This document shows, piece after piece, positions 38,639 through 51,610 of a stretch of DNA of 64,000 nucleotides. The position numbers and the translations under genes are program-made. Every line of letters starts with the position of its first letter. Position 1 is the stretch's first letter. The notes beneath the pieces are model-generated. The model did no database searches. It was not told the DNA's origin and saw only the letters and a program-made list of their open reading frames with translations. Source of the stretch: Saccostrea echinata (Eukaryota); contig NW_026889796.1 of the NCBI RefSeq assembly GCF_033153115.1, positions 14,198,001-14,262,000 of the forward strand, given 5' to 3'.

Positions 38639-39319
38639 AAATATCATACAAAATCAAATTTAAACAATGTGCTAGTATTTAAGCAATGTAGATAGCCATT
38701 TTTTTCTTAATCATATCCTTAAAACATATTTATAATCTGCAATAAAGTCACGATATTTTGTACTATGAATCACACAAATTATATCTTTCTTAGTTTAAAC
38801 TTTAGTTCGTATAGCCTCAAGGTATTGATAAATCAATTAGGTTTACAAGGTGAAGTTTACTTCTAGTAGATGTGCAAAGATCAGGGGATATATAATAATC
38901 TTCGAATTAATCTGCGTAAATCATGAAGCCATGTACATTCAGTGGGCTGCAGGTGTTGAAGGAGGTGGGGGGGGGGGGGCTGTCCTGGCTAAAATTTAAA
39001 TAAGCTCTTTTCAAAATCAGCTTGAGAATTTTGCTATCTTGAGAAAGGCTTTCGTAACTGTTTGTATCAATCTAGTCAACGACAACTTATAATTTTAGAC
39101 CAATATAATATTACATGGAAGAATTTACACAAGAGAGGACCCTGCTTACCACAAATATATTCTTCAAATACTTCACATATCGTGAAGCGGGGATGGAGTA
39201 CTTGAGAATACTCGTTAGTCTATGTATCGCTCAACCATTTTGTTCTCAATATCCTCCAAAATTCTTTCAAAAGAAAGGAGTTCGAAAACAAAGAGTGGAT
39301 AACTATTTGTAAGTAGAAA

Positions 39320-41000
39320 AAGAAAAAAAGTTGTCGATGTTATCATTTTTTAACCAAAAGATGATCGAAAAGGTTACTCAAAAAAGAAAGGCGCTAATTG
39401 AAATAACGGACCAAGGAAGTGAAGATAACATTTAAAGGACTTATCGCATGATTTTTCAAAAATCTTAATTTTATGAAAAATATTATCTACAACCTTGTTT
39501 ATTAAAATTCTGGATACAATAAACGTTGTTGAAAGCATATTCTAAGAGATATTGAGAGTTGAAATTCAAATACGGCAATATGCATAGTTCAGTCGGATTT
39601 CGGCGAAATACTGCTCTGACGTCATAGGCGACAATTCAGTGACAGAGAGATGAGAGGTTGCACACTATTTACGAAGTTATCAACGACAAATGCAGCTTAA
39701 TTATAAAAAATGCTGAAAAAATTAATTCCTAACGTGATTTTCAATTACTATAGAAACATTAACTAGTTCTAAGGTACCAGAATTTTGAGATATTTTCGTT
39801 TTTTTATTCCAAACATTTAGAATCTTTAGGTCTGATTACGGCAATGTTTCGTGATCGGAAAATTATTTTTCAAGACCGCCATCCCTTACAAAACATATGA
39901 AAGCATACTTGCATAAATTAATATTATGTTAAAAACGAAGAATAACAGAGTTTTGTAATATTAAATTTGTGAATCAAATAAGTTAATACATGTGATAAAA
40001 TGACAAATCAAATTGTATTGTGATGGCGAGTTTCTTCGTCTTCGCCGCGTCTCCCTCGCTATCGTCGCTGCTATTTTTACAATGTTAACGGATTTTTCAG
40101 ATTATTTCTTGCTGACAATTCTAAAATATAAGGTTGGATATTAAATTTCATATCGATAAAATCAGTGATCTGGTCGTCCATAACGCAGAAAATTCAGGTT
40201 GTATCGCGTATATTTTAGTAAGATTTACGTGAAGAGCTGATCAGCCATTGTCGCCTTTGACGTCACATGGTCACGTGATCGCTATCTAATTAACTTAGAT
40301 TTTTAATTCAGGGGTTTTCATTTGAGTCAATAATTGGTTAATTACCGCGGTTTATCCGCAGTAAAAACACAAAATTTATAAACTGTGGTCATAAGGAACG
40401 TTTTACGCTTTTAATTTCAAATAATTTAGAAACATGCGATAAGTCCTTTAAGCAGACTCTGAGGCTGCAAAATGAATGGAAATGGGAAAAAAAGAAAAAG
40501 TACGGAGGGTATATCATATGAGACGTCTAAGTCAAAATCTGCAAAATTTTATTCGTTGAAAATTCAGACAAACGTTTTGTTTCATGTGTGTTTCAAAGCC
40601 TTAAACGGGATAAAAGTTGTGCAAAGGCTTTTATATCTTATAGTTTTAAAAGCTGGAACACACTGCATAATTCAGAGATTAACTCTTGGTCATAGAAGAC
40701 AGTTAAACATGTTGATGAACTCCCAAAGGGAAACAACACACGTTTGGAGAATCTTTGTGAGAGCGGCTCAAGGAAAACAAACAGAAAACAGAATGTCCTT
40801 GAAAAAGGTTATGTCTAGCATCAAATATTTTGCTCAGCAGGAGCTTGCTGTTGGCGATGATCTTGAGGGTGTAAATTCAAACTTTATTCAACTGCACCTT
40901 GAATTGCGTTATTCGGATGAACGAAATTCAAATCCCTGGTTAGTAAGTAAGAAAGATTTTACAATACCAAAAATTCGAATGAATTTCATAAAATAGTGGT
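39320..41000 (+). pseudogene. Degenerate hAT (ZMYM1/DUF4371-like) transposase remnant, split by Kolobok copy A
   Basis: ORF 40472-40996 contains SSIKYFAQQELAVGDDLEGVNSNFIQLHLELR..W, resembling the DUF4371 FL.RQGLA.RG.....NF..LL motif. It is frameshifted and truncated. Confidence 0.6.
39436..40447. mobile_element. Non-autonomous Kolobok-like element, copy A
   Basis: TIR AGGACTTATCGCATG / CATGCGATAAGTCCT with TTAA on both sides. Subterminal inverted repeat tgacgtcataggcgacaat / attgtcgcctttgacgtca. Confidence 0.85.
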
Positions 41001-41129
41001 CAATGAAATTCTACTTCAAAAGATAATGACGCAGAAGGTGGGATTATCTACAATGGGGGGCACAATAATTTAAATCTCATGAGACATTTCTTGTATCATA
41101 CTTTATTGTTAATTTATTTATTTTAGTTT

Positions 41130-41422
41130 ACTTGTATGTTGTTTAACGTCCCTCTCGAGAATTTTTCACTCATATGGAGACGCCACCACTTGCCGGTGGA
41201 GGGCTGCAAGTTTTGACCTATGCTCAGCACTCAAGGCCATTGAGCAGTGAGGGATCTTTTTCGTGCCAACACCTACTGCGACACGGGACCTCGGTTTATA
41301 CAGTCTCATCCAAAGGACTGGTCTCCACGTCCCGCAGTGGATTCGAACCCGCGACATGAGGATCAACTCCTCTCTCTGCGACTCTAGAGCAGACGCTTTA
41401 ACCACTGCTCCACACGGGCTAC
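41130..41422 (-). mobile_element. tRNA-derived SINE (same family)
   Basis: Reverse complement of 19831-20126. No clear TSD. Confidence 0.88.
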
Positions 41423-42691
41423 ACCATATGGTTATTAGAAAGGCATCAACAATCTTTAATGCCATCTATTATGTACTTGGAAGACTCAATTTGTCCTTTG
41501 ATGTCCTTTGACAGTATTAAAGATAGGATGGACCAACAAGTTTCTGCTCTTTCCCTAAGCAAAAAAAAAATAGTTTAGTAATCTATACTTTACTAAAAGT
41601 GTTAAAGTTTTTGGTATAGGTAACCAGTTTTTACTATAGTTATCAAAGTATTTTACTATGGATTTCAGATTGATATACATGTATTTTATGCTCTCCATTT
41701 CATACATGCAAATTTTTATATTAAATGGAAATATTACTAGTATATTCATATTTTTATTTTCAATTTTGTACTTAATTGGTTTTGAATTCTCAGAAAAAAT
41801 CTCAGAAAACGGTTTAAAGAAAAGTTTCAAAGTGCAGTATAAAGTATCAATTAAAGTTTTTACTATAGTTAACCATAGTAAATTTTAGTTAACTACAGTA
41901 AAGTTTTGTTCCGGCTTTACCAAACTAGAGAACCTTTTGGTCAAAGCATTAAGTGGTGAAATTTATGACAATGAGCAGATTTTATTTTGTAATTTCTGTA
42001 CAATCGGATTATCAATAGAAAGAATCTTGAAAGAGCTAGGGGCTCCAAGGGCAAAAGTCGGCCCCATATCAGAAATTAATTATATTTTTCTTATTAAATG
42101 CTGTGAATGTCTATTTTTCAAAAACAACATCAATTAAATTGTTCGAGGTGGTTAATTTTTGGAGAAAATTAAACCATAAACTAAAGACCGTTAAAAGTCA
42201 GTAGCGTTAAAAATAGCTTCATTACGTAACATGCGCACAATTAACTTCATAAATGCTTATTGAGTTACAGATTTACGCAAATAGGAATGCATTTAGAAAT
42301 AATATTTGGACAAAGTTCAAATAATTTTAATAATACCACTCAAAATGAGACGGTTTATAGGAAAATGGCAGTAAAGATTATTAAAAAAAGAAGCACATGA
42401 GAGGTAACAAAGATATGCGGGTGAACTGAAAATGGGTGCCGAAAAGTAACGTCATAACGACGTCGGTAACATTCTTCTTGTGTCGCGATAGACAAAAACC
42501 TAACGTTTTGTTTATCTTAATATATTTAAAAAGTATTTTATATAATCGAATGAAATTTTAAGGCAAAAATTAAAATAGACAGGGGTATAATTATGTCAAA
42601 TTTTGATGATAACATTCGATTATTAAAGATTTTATACCAGTTGTGACATTACTTTTGGATCAACCCCAGAACATATATATATATATAACGT

Positions 42692-43521
42692 ATTATTATA
42701 CCTCTACTAAGAATACTCAAATTTGATTGGCTTGTTAGAAGGCTTTTAAACTCAATAATGACTCCAAAAAGTACCGTTTACAGCAATAATGACCTAGGAA
42801 TCATTGCACGTGGGGTATAATGACCGGTCAATAAAATTAATGACCGCTAAAAATGACCTGTTAATCCAAGTTCCATTCAAATTTTAAAAAAAATATGCAT
42901 ACAGTAATGATTGTACATTACAAAAATTGCCGTTATAAAAATATGTATAGTATTTTTAGGATACGGAACACGATTGGCCTTTAGATGCGTCATAACATTT
43001 ATCGTTTTCATTGAAATTAACTTTCGTTACAATACAATGTCAAATTCAACGAACGCAGACTGGGCTCTCTTGTACAGTAAAAGTCTGCACCAGATTGTCA
43101 TTGTAGTCGGGAATGGTATCTGTGAATTTATAAAAATGCAATGTTACTGACAATCACAGAGTGTTTTAATAAATCGGCGGTGCAAAAACTTACAAGACTA
43201 GCAGCCGAAAAGTAAACAACTTCACAAGCGAATCCCGATCCCGATGGAACACTGATAACAGTTCGTAGGTCTTATACATGTAATTGATTATTTTAGTAAT
43301 TAAGCTTACAAAAATTGCCTTAACCTATATCGGTATAATAAAACAATTGATTACCCCTTATGAGTTCAACATGGTAAAATAAGGACCCTCGACCTGGCCC
43401 ACTCGCTGACCTGACCTGACCTCGGCCGCTACGCGGCCTCGGTCAGGTCAGGTCACCTCGTGGGCCAGGTCTTGGGTCCTTATTTTACCATGTTGACCGC
43501 ATAAGGGGTAATTAATTGTAT
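42692..43521. mobile_element. Non-autonomous element with asymmetric inverted repeats and a 177-nt terminal hairpin (Crypton- or Helentron-like)
   Basis: 5' ttattatacc is matched by ggtataataa at 43332, immediately followed by foldback 43343-43519. Confidence 0.55.
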
Positions 43522-44429
43522 ATTGTTATATCCCTTTATAATAGTTCCTATATACATTGTAACTCTATATGAAGAAAGTCCAGCATTTTGACTGTTCCGG
43601 CGACTATCGCACTGGGACCATTAAAATCGACTGTTAAAAAAAACTATGGACCGATATGACGTCATATGGCGCTAAACGGGTTATCATTAACATCATTTGG
43701 TTTTAAAAACAAAAACACGATGTACGCCTCGCAGCTTTTTTAGGAAGAGGAAATTCAGGCCATTTAAGAAAGCAGAGACAATAAAAAATATTACATTTGT
43801 TGTGAAAAACTGAATAAAACATTCTCAGTGCATGATTGTTTACTGACCTGTGTTTGTCTATTTCTCTTCTGTGAAAAAAAAATCATGCGCTGAGTTGATT
43901 GAAATGCGCCGAAAATTCTTTTGTGCAGCTCGAAAAAGATATGTGTAGAAATATGTACGTTTAAAAATCTATGATTTTCATACGATATTTGACAACCGAT
44001 CGGAATTATTCGAAAAATCAATGACATAAAACAGTAAATGGTGCACAGTTGAATTAAAACATCAAATATGACTTTTTCTTTGCTCCAGTCAGTGGCATAG
44101 CTACTATTAATGCTTGTGTGCCAAAGCATCCACATTATGTTTTTTAAATAAATACAAAATGACATGTATTTGAAAAAAAAAACGTATTTCACTGGCACAT
44201 TCTAAAACTCGATCTAACACTCCTTAATATTGTAATATTGTCAATTTGTGCGGAACTTCCATGGGATCCGCTCCCTGGACCCGGTAAAAGGGGATTATTG
44301 CTGCCCCAGACCTCCTGTGGTTATAAAAGCATCCACTTTATATTTGCTTAGATACACCACTGGTCAATGATACAGATATAAAAAAATCCTGATTTAATAC
44401 TGTATACAATATTGATTTACAGTTTTTAT

Positions 44430-44650
44430 TATATGGGTAAAACAAAAAAGTTGTTGACAGGGGTCTCGGGCAACAGTTGATTTGTCGGATCGGTGTGCAA
44501 ACTGTTGCAGTTTGCAATACCGGTCCGACAGATCAGCTGTTGCCCTCAGCCCCAGTCAAAAATTGTATACTGTGCAACAGGGAAAAAACTGTTATTTTAT
44601 GGTTACGTTTTGTCCCCTCAATAATGTTTGGCAACAATTTTTGCCTGTCA
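44430..44650. mobile_element. Second, unrelated hairpin-ended element remnant
   Basis: Foldback 44454-44559 centred on gcaaactg-ttg-cagtttgc, plus IR caaaaaagttgttg / caacaatttttg. Confidence 0.45.
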
Positions 44651-45414
44651 AGGTTTTTTTTTTATGGTTTTTTTTGGGTTTTTTTTTTTTTTTTTTGGTT
44701 TTGTTTTGTTTTGTTTTTTTTTAAGTTGCCCCCCTTCTAACTAAAATTGCCTAATATATAGAATGAAAAGTATTTCTACCATGTAAAATTAACAAAAAAG
44801 TCATATTTATTATCTTATTTGAGTTGATCAGTACCTTGGACTGAACCCCCGGGCCCCCCTTCCCCCTGCGGTAGAAACAACAGAAGCTCTCTTTGTTTTG
44901 CCAAATAAGTAAAATTTTATGAAATTTCACTTCATTTGTTTCTAAATATTAAAGGAAATCATTCAAATATGATGAATGAAAATAGATCAGGAGGTAGGCG
45001 GTGAAACATTATTATCGTTCGCAGTTTTATCTTGCTTCGATCACGTCCCACCCGGAACTGAAACTCGTCTTACAATTTTTTTAAAACATTTTAGTAAGGA
45101 CTATATAAACACTGTCAGCTTATCTCCTTGAAGTCATGATATATTTCAATATATGATTTACCTAGCCATAAAGATATGATCTACCTAGCCTTAATAAAAA
45201 TATACTAAATTTATTTGGCCAACTTAGCCAGGACCTTGGAATCTACCTCTTCCCTGTTCCAAGCTTTCTAATCAACTATATTTTCTAATCCGGAGCATAC
45301 AGGACCAACCTAGCTATATTGTACCACGTCAGAACAGACTATTAATATTACATTATTTTATAATTTATGAAACTATAGAAAAATAAAACATGCGGTTATA
45401 TTCAAAATTTAGTA

Positions 45415-45450
<36 letters not shown>

Positions 45451-47903
45451 TTGATGACATGTAACTGTTGAGAAACTTTTCATGCTAAATCTTTATACTG
45501 ACAATAATAATAAAAATACGTACGTTGTATAATTTCTTTGACTCGTTATCTATCTGTGCGAGTAATATTGTAACAGACACTCTATATCATTACCAAGCAT
45601 TCAATTTCTTAAAATGATAAAATAGTAACCCTACACGACATGCTTAAAGCTGATTTCTTCTAGTATGGTTTGGTTTCATTTCATTTCGCACTTTATATCA
45701 TTTTGATGAAAGACCAGTTAAACGGAGTCATGTAAACTGGTGCGCGGATCAATTTACGTGTGTATTATAACCACCTTACCCGTAATTCGATTATCAATTT
45801 CTTTTCTTTTCGAGTAGTATCAGAAAGTATGTTTTTTTGGACCTGTACGATAAAATAAAAACATAGAATTATATCTTATATTGATTATAAATGATTATTG
45901 ATAACTCATATTCTCAGGTAGGGTTTTCTTTCAACGGTGATTTTTGCATGCTCCGCAGGCTTCCACCAATATGATACTTAAAGTACTGATAGATACTTTG
46001 ATAATGATCATTTAAAAGAAATTTTATGTTGATGGATGCTTGCGGAGGTATTTAATTTGATCAATTTATTGTAAAAATTGTGCGATTTTGATGACTTTTG
46101 CCAAACTACGCAAAGACTACGTCATAAATATGACGTCATAAATACCTGATTTCCCGAAGTTTGTCTATTTTTGGAATACGCTAATTGTAAATAGTGAAAA
46201 ATAAGTGGAGTCCAATTTTTAGACTTGATTTAAAAAATACGTATTTTGGGGGCCGATTTTGGCACTTGGAGCCCCTACTTCTTTCAAAACATGCTTATAT
46301 TAGCCACCGTTATCAACATTTTTATCAAGAAGATTATCTTCCCTTACTGAGAAATTTAATGCCTATTAACAGCAAACTAGAGGCATAGAAAAATTTGAGT
46401 CATATGCCAATAGGAATATGATTTTTACATAAATTAGGAAAAATCTTTGTTAGGATGGATTTTTTTTACCTAAATCTAAAGGTACAAAGTAAGTTGTGCT
46501 CTCCCTTTATTAAAACAATGAAAATGGTGTAAAGCTATAGTAATTATTTAGGAAGGAGTTATTTATGCTTCCCTGCTTATAAATGGAAAAACTGAAAAAA
46601 TTCTGATTCTATTTGATAAGTTTTCTCAGGACAGAATCAGACAGAAATGTTATAAAAATGGGTTGAAACATGCTGACGAGACGAAATTTGAAGGACAAAG
46701 CAAATGCTTCATTCAAAGGGCTCTTTCAAATGACTAAGGCGCAAAAAAGTTTCTTTCGCTTGTCCTATTTCTGTGACTTTAAAGTACATGTCTTCTCATT
46801 AAACTTTGTACATTGTACCTCCTTCCGAAAAGAGTTAATTGGAAACAGTAAACAGGTTCAAAGTCCACTCAAATTATTGATCTTCAAGATGGTATCAGTG
46901 ACATTTGGCTAATAATATAGAGGAAGCTGACAAGTAAACAAAATACTTCAGGAATCATTTTATGCCAATATATTCGGCATTTTTATATAAATTCAAAAAA
47001 TAAAGCGGGGTAGCCGTAAAATTCAAGTGACAAACTTCAAAAGAATGAAAGAAGAAAAAGACTTGTTAGTCTTGGATGTATACGAACTGCATTAATTCCT
47101 ATGATAAAAGTGGGTGATTTTGCAGCATTACATACATAAGATACATAGACAAGAAAACATTGATGTAACCATCAATTGTCGCCCGGGAAATAAATAAAGT
47201 AAACAATGGAAATGAGTCTTGATCATCAAACCGCTTCGATATGTGTGAAAAAGGCATGCGTCTAAATGACGGAGACGATAGTCGAGAATATTTTGAAAAC
47301 TTATAGTCGGATGAAAATCGAATAAAAACGATACCCTTTTAAACTTTATCAATTCCTCAAGTAAATGTTGGCTGCATAAAATATAAATTGAAACCAGACA
47401 CATGCATCACCTATTTTCAAAAATGCCTTTCACTTTAAGAATATAAAATACGAACTGTGTAAAGTACGTTTTTACGTTTTTATGCGATAAGTAAAATTCG
47501 ATGTTCTAAAAAAGGGGACCTGTCGTTTTTTCGATAGTAAATGATAAGCAACTTTATATATTAAATATGAAAAACATATATATTTTTACAGATTCACTTT
47601 ATGGAAGTAAATATATTGTGTATCCCGTAATTTATAAAGGGAAAGAACATTCTGATTAACAATCTTTTTAATGTTTAGAAAACCTTTAATTCTGAATAAC
47701 TTCTCCCACCTCAATCCCCATAAACCAACACTTAAACTTATATGTATAGAGCAGCCCGGTCCTCCGGGCTGCAATAATACCAGTAACCCAATCCTTCAAA
47801 ATAGGAACCTGGAATAAAATGGCGAATATTTTGTATTTTATGTATGCTATGTGTTTGAGTTTTCATTTGGTAAACAATTTCAAAATACAATTTATACATT
47901 TAA

Positions 47904-48877
47904 AGGACTTATCGCATGATCTTTCAACAATTGTAATTTTATTAAAATATTATCTACAACCTTGTTTATTAAAATACTGAATACAAAAAACGTTGATGAA
48001 AGCATATTTTAAGGGATATTGAGAGTTGAAATTCAAATACGGCAATATGCATAGTTCAGTCGGATTTCCGCGAAATACTGCTCTGACGTCATAGGCGACA
48101 ATTCAGTGATAGAGAGATGAGAATATGCTCACTTTTTACGGAGTTATCAACGACAAATGCAGCTTAATTACAAAAAATGCTGAAAAAATAATTCCTAACA
48201 TGCTTTTTATTAACTATAGAAGCATTTACTAGTTCTAAGGTATAAGGCTTTTGAGATATTTTCGTTTTTTATTCCAAACATTTAGAATCTGTTGCTCTGA
48301 TTACGGCAATGTTTCGTGATCGAAAAATTATTTTGCAAGACCGCCATCCCTTACAAAACATATGTAAATTAATGTTATGCTAAAAACGAAGAATAACAAA
48401 GTTATATAATATTAAATGTGTGAATCAAATAAGTTTATACATGTGATAAGATGACAAATCAAATTGTATTGTGATGGCGACTTTCTTCGTCTTCGCCGCG
48501 TTTCCCTCACTATCGTCGCTACTATTTTTACAATGTTAACAGACTTTTCAGATTTTTGCTTGCTGACAGTTCTAAAATATAAGGTTAGATATTCAATTTC
48601 ATATCGATAAAATCAGTGATTTGGTCGTCCACAACGCAGAATATTTTAGTAAGATTAACGTGAAGAGCTGATCAGCCATTGTCGCCTTTGACGTCACAGG
48701 GTCACGTGATCGCTATCTAATTAACTTAGATTTTTAATTCAGGGTTTTCATTTGAGTCAGTAATTGGTTAATTACCGCGGTTTATCCGCAGTAAAAACAC
48801 TAAGTTTATAAACTGTGGTCATAAGGAACGTTTTACGCTATTAATTTCAAATAATTAAGAATCATGCGATAAGTCCT
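47904..48877. mobile_element. Non-autonomous Kolobok-like element, copy B
   Basis: Closely similar to 39436-40447 in the same orientation, with the same TIRs and TTAA flanks. Confidence 0.85.
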
Positions 48878-49256
48878 TTAAGAACAGTCAGGACAACATG
48901 TACAGTATTTGTCATAAGTGAGTCATAATTTCCTTTTTTCATTATATCTTTCATTGAAAAATCAGTTTTAATAAAAACTTACTTTGAGGTCAACTTTAGC
49001 CCAATATCCATGATTCTTCATATAAATATGCAGAATTGTTCAAATATTCTTTCTTACGATGCTATTATTTTGAAGCAATGAAATGAAACTGCAAAAATTC
49101 TGCATTCTGTGATGATATATCTGTAAAACATAAGCTACAAAAATACATAGCAATGATTTTTTTTTCAAAAAGTCATACTTCAATGAAATTTAGTGAAAAA
49201 ATAAAATTATGGCTCATTTTTGGCCAGATACTGTACTTTGTGAGACATGTTTAAAG

Positions 49257-50339
49257 CAGGAATGTCAACGAACATTCGAGTTTCGAATATTCATTGGAAT
49301 AAGAATTTACGATTCGAATATTCGTTTTTTTTTCAGATTTCATAAAAAAAATATATAACTATCATTAATTTTGATTGGAATTGAGCTAGAATTATCCCTG
49401 TTCCATTTACTAACGATATTTTTCCATTTCTATATTTTCAATTTCTTTTACCACATGTACTGTGTGATTTTATAGTTCTACTAAATTATTCCGTTTTGAG
49501 TTAAGTATCTCTGATGAATATTTTTCCCCGAAATCAACTCTTTGGAGGGGTTGCACTGGATTACTGGTTATGTAGTGACATGTAAACACTCAGTGTTGTA
49601 CCAAAAGATTTTGTTTAATTTTAAGCTGATGGTACTTCGGTATAAAGTCCCCTTCTTTTACTATGATTTGATCTGCAATCAAGGACAACAAAATGAAACC
49701 CTTCTTAGAATTTCTAAAGGATGTGAAGAGTTTATTAGTCTAAATAAATTCATTGATCATTGAATTAATTGTTTAATAGAATGACAGTTTGTAATACCAT
49801 AAAGGGGGCCCAATTTCAGAATAAATGCATTCATTACTTAATAATCTCGGGTTGTACATATTCTTAATTTTTAAAATCATTTTCGCGAAAATAGTTAATT
49901 ACCTACAAATATATGAAAGTGTTTGTTTATATTTCAAAATCATTAAAGCAAGAATTATTTTTACATCTCTTTTTAGGCAGATAATTGTAATTTATTATAT
50001 GCATTTAAATATGAAGAATATGCGACAATCACGCCCTTGGAAAGACGATCAGTTCATCATTTAGAGCCTTTAAGATATAATTTTTAAAAATTCGATTTTG
50101 GTTGTATACATGTATACTCGAATCAATTTATTTACTTGAAACTTCGACAAATAGCAAATGTTGAATTCCTTACTGTACACACACAATTTTACACCCAATT
50201 TTACTTTCAAATCTGTCATGAGATAGGATGATGCATATTTAAAATTAACTAAATTTTATCGAATATTCGAACATATTCGAATACTTTCATTGAATATTCG
50301 AATATTATTTATGAATTATTGACAAAATTGGCATCCCTA
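49257..50339. mobile_element. hAT MITE
   Basis: TIR CAGGAATGTCAA / TTGGCATCCCTA, 8-bp TSD GTTTAAAG/GTTTAAAA, and clustered subterminal CGAATATTCG palindromes at both ends. Confidence 0.75.
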
Positions 50340-50819
50340 GTTTAAAAAACGGCATGTGTTGACATCAAGCCAGAATAAGAGAATTGTCCGAACAAATGTG
50401 CATTCAATTGTCCATCTAAAAAAAACTTGGAAAAAATGTATAAATCATTCTTGAATATGGTCAGATAATAACATGATAATAAAAAATAATAACAATGCAG
50501 AAAAGTGACAGTGACTGATTCTAAGAGTCAAATACTTCATGTATATACATGTACGTATGATAAAAATATTTGGGGAAACATTTACCTAGTATTACATACG
50601 TTACCATGGGAACAAAGTATTGAAAAGCAATAATTTTGGTAAGTCATACATTTTAAAAAATAAAATAAATTATGAGTTGAAATATGATCAGATAATAAAG
50701 AAAGGTCTTTGTAATATATTTTAGGAAAAAATGATATTTTTCATTGTTTGGCAACTCTTGCTATGGTTGTAATACTGAAAAATATCAGTTAATCTAATTA
50801 GTAGTAATCTGAAGTAGAC

Positions 50820-51610
50820 TGTAGTATTCTCACATCATATAAGACCTTGAAATCGAAAACATTTTTTTTTCCAGTGTAAGTAAGCGAGTGATTTCTGTTC
50901 ACTAATACTTCATTGTCTTCAAACATTTTTCCTAGAAAAATTTTGCAGGTACTGTATCATGGAAATGAACTAGATAAAATAAATATGTACACTTTCATAT
51001 GATAGAATGAAGTCCTAAATCATTTTCAATAATGTTTAGAGTTTCCTTAAAAAATGCAATTTGTTTATAATTTTTGATGTAGAGGTAAATATATTTCTCA
51101 AAAAAAATAATATTCTTAAATCGGGAAAAAATAGAATCCATAATTTTTTAATATCGTTTGTGACTCACATTTAGAATAGGTAATGCACTACAAAGTAAAT
51201 TTTCAAAACAAGTTTTTTCTTTAGGAGAAAGACCATAAATCCGAATATGTTTATATATCTATATGTTTTATTGTAAATATAGCAGCTTTTTTAACAGATG
51301 AAACTCTGATCAATTAAGCATACCGTGACAAATTTTGACATAATTATTGTTGAAGATAAAAACATAAATATTTATTAATGTTTGTATCATGGTTGCAGAG
51401 GGGTTTTTTTTAATTAAAGTGAATTAAATGTATTTATGCAGCAAAACTGAACCGCGTAAATAATTCTATGCACACATCAACAACAAAAATAATAAAACAC
51501 ATGATTTTTTTTTCATTTAATTGTTAGTATCTTGACAAATTTAATAGGTATTAGTCCAAGTTTGTAATATAACTTGATAGGAAGACACACTTTCTTCACT
51601 GTTGGCGGAT
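50820..51610. repeat. Older remnant of the same cluster intergenic unit
   Basis: gactcacattta.aataggtaatgcactac matches 30777-30806. cacatcaacaacaa and tatcttgacaaatttaata...ccaagtttgtaatataac match 31887-32010. Confidence 0.65.

Noticed and set aside
43791-44198. 135-aa ORF
   Set aside because: AT-rich low-complexity composition, no recognisable motif, and it lies in repeat-like sequence.
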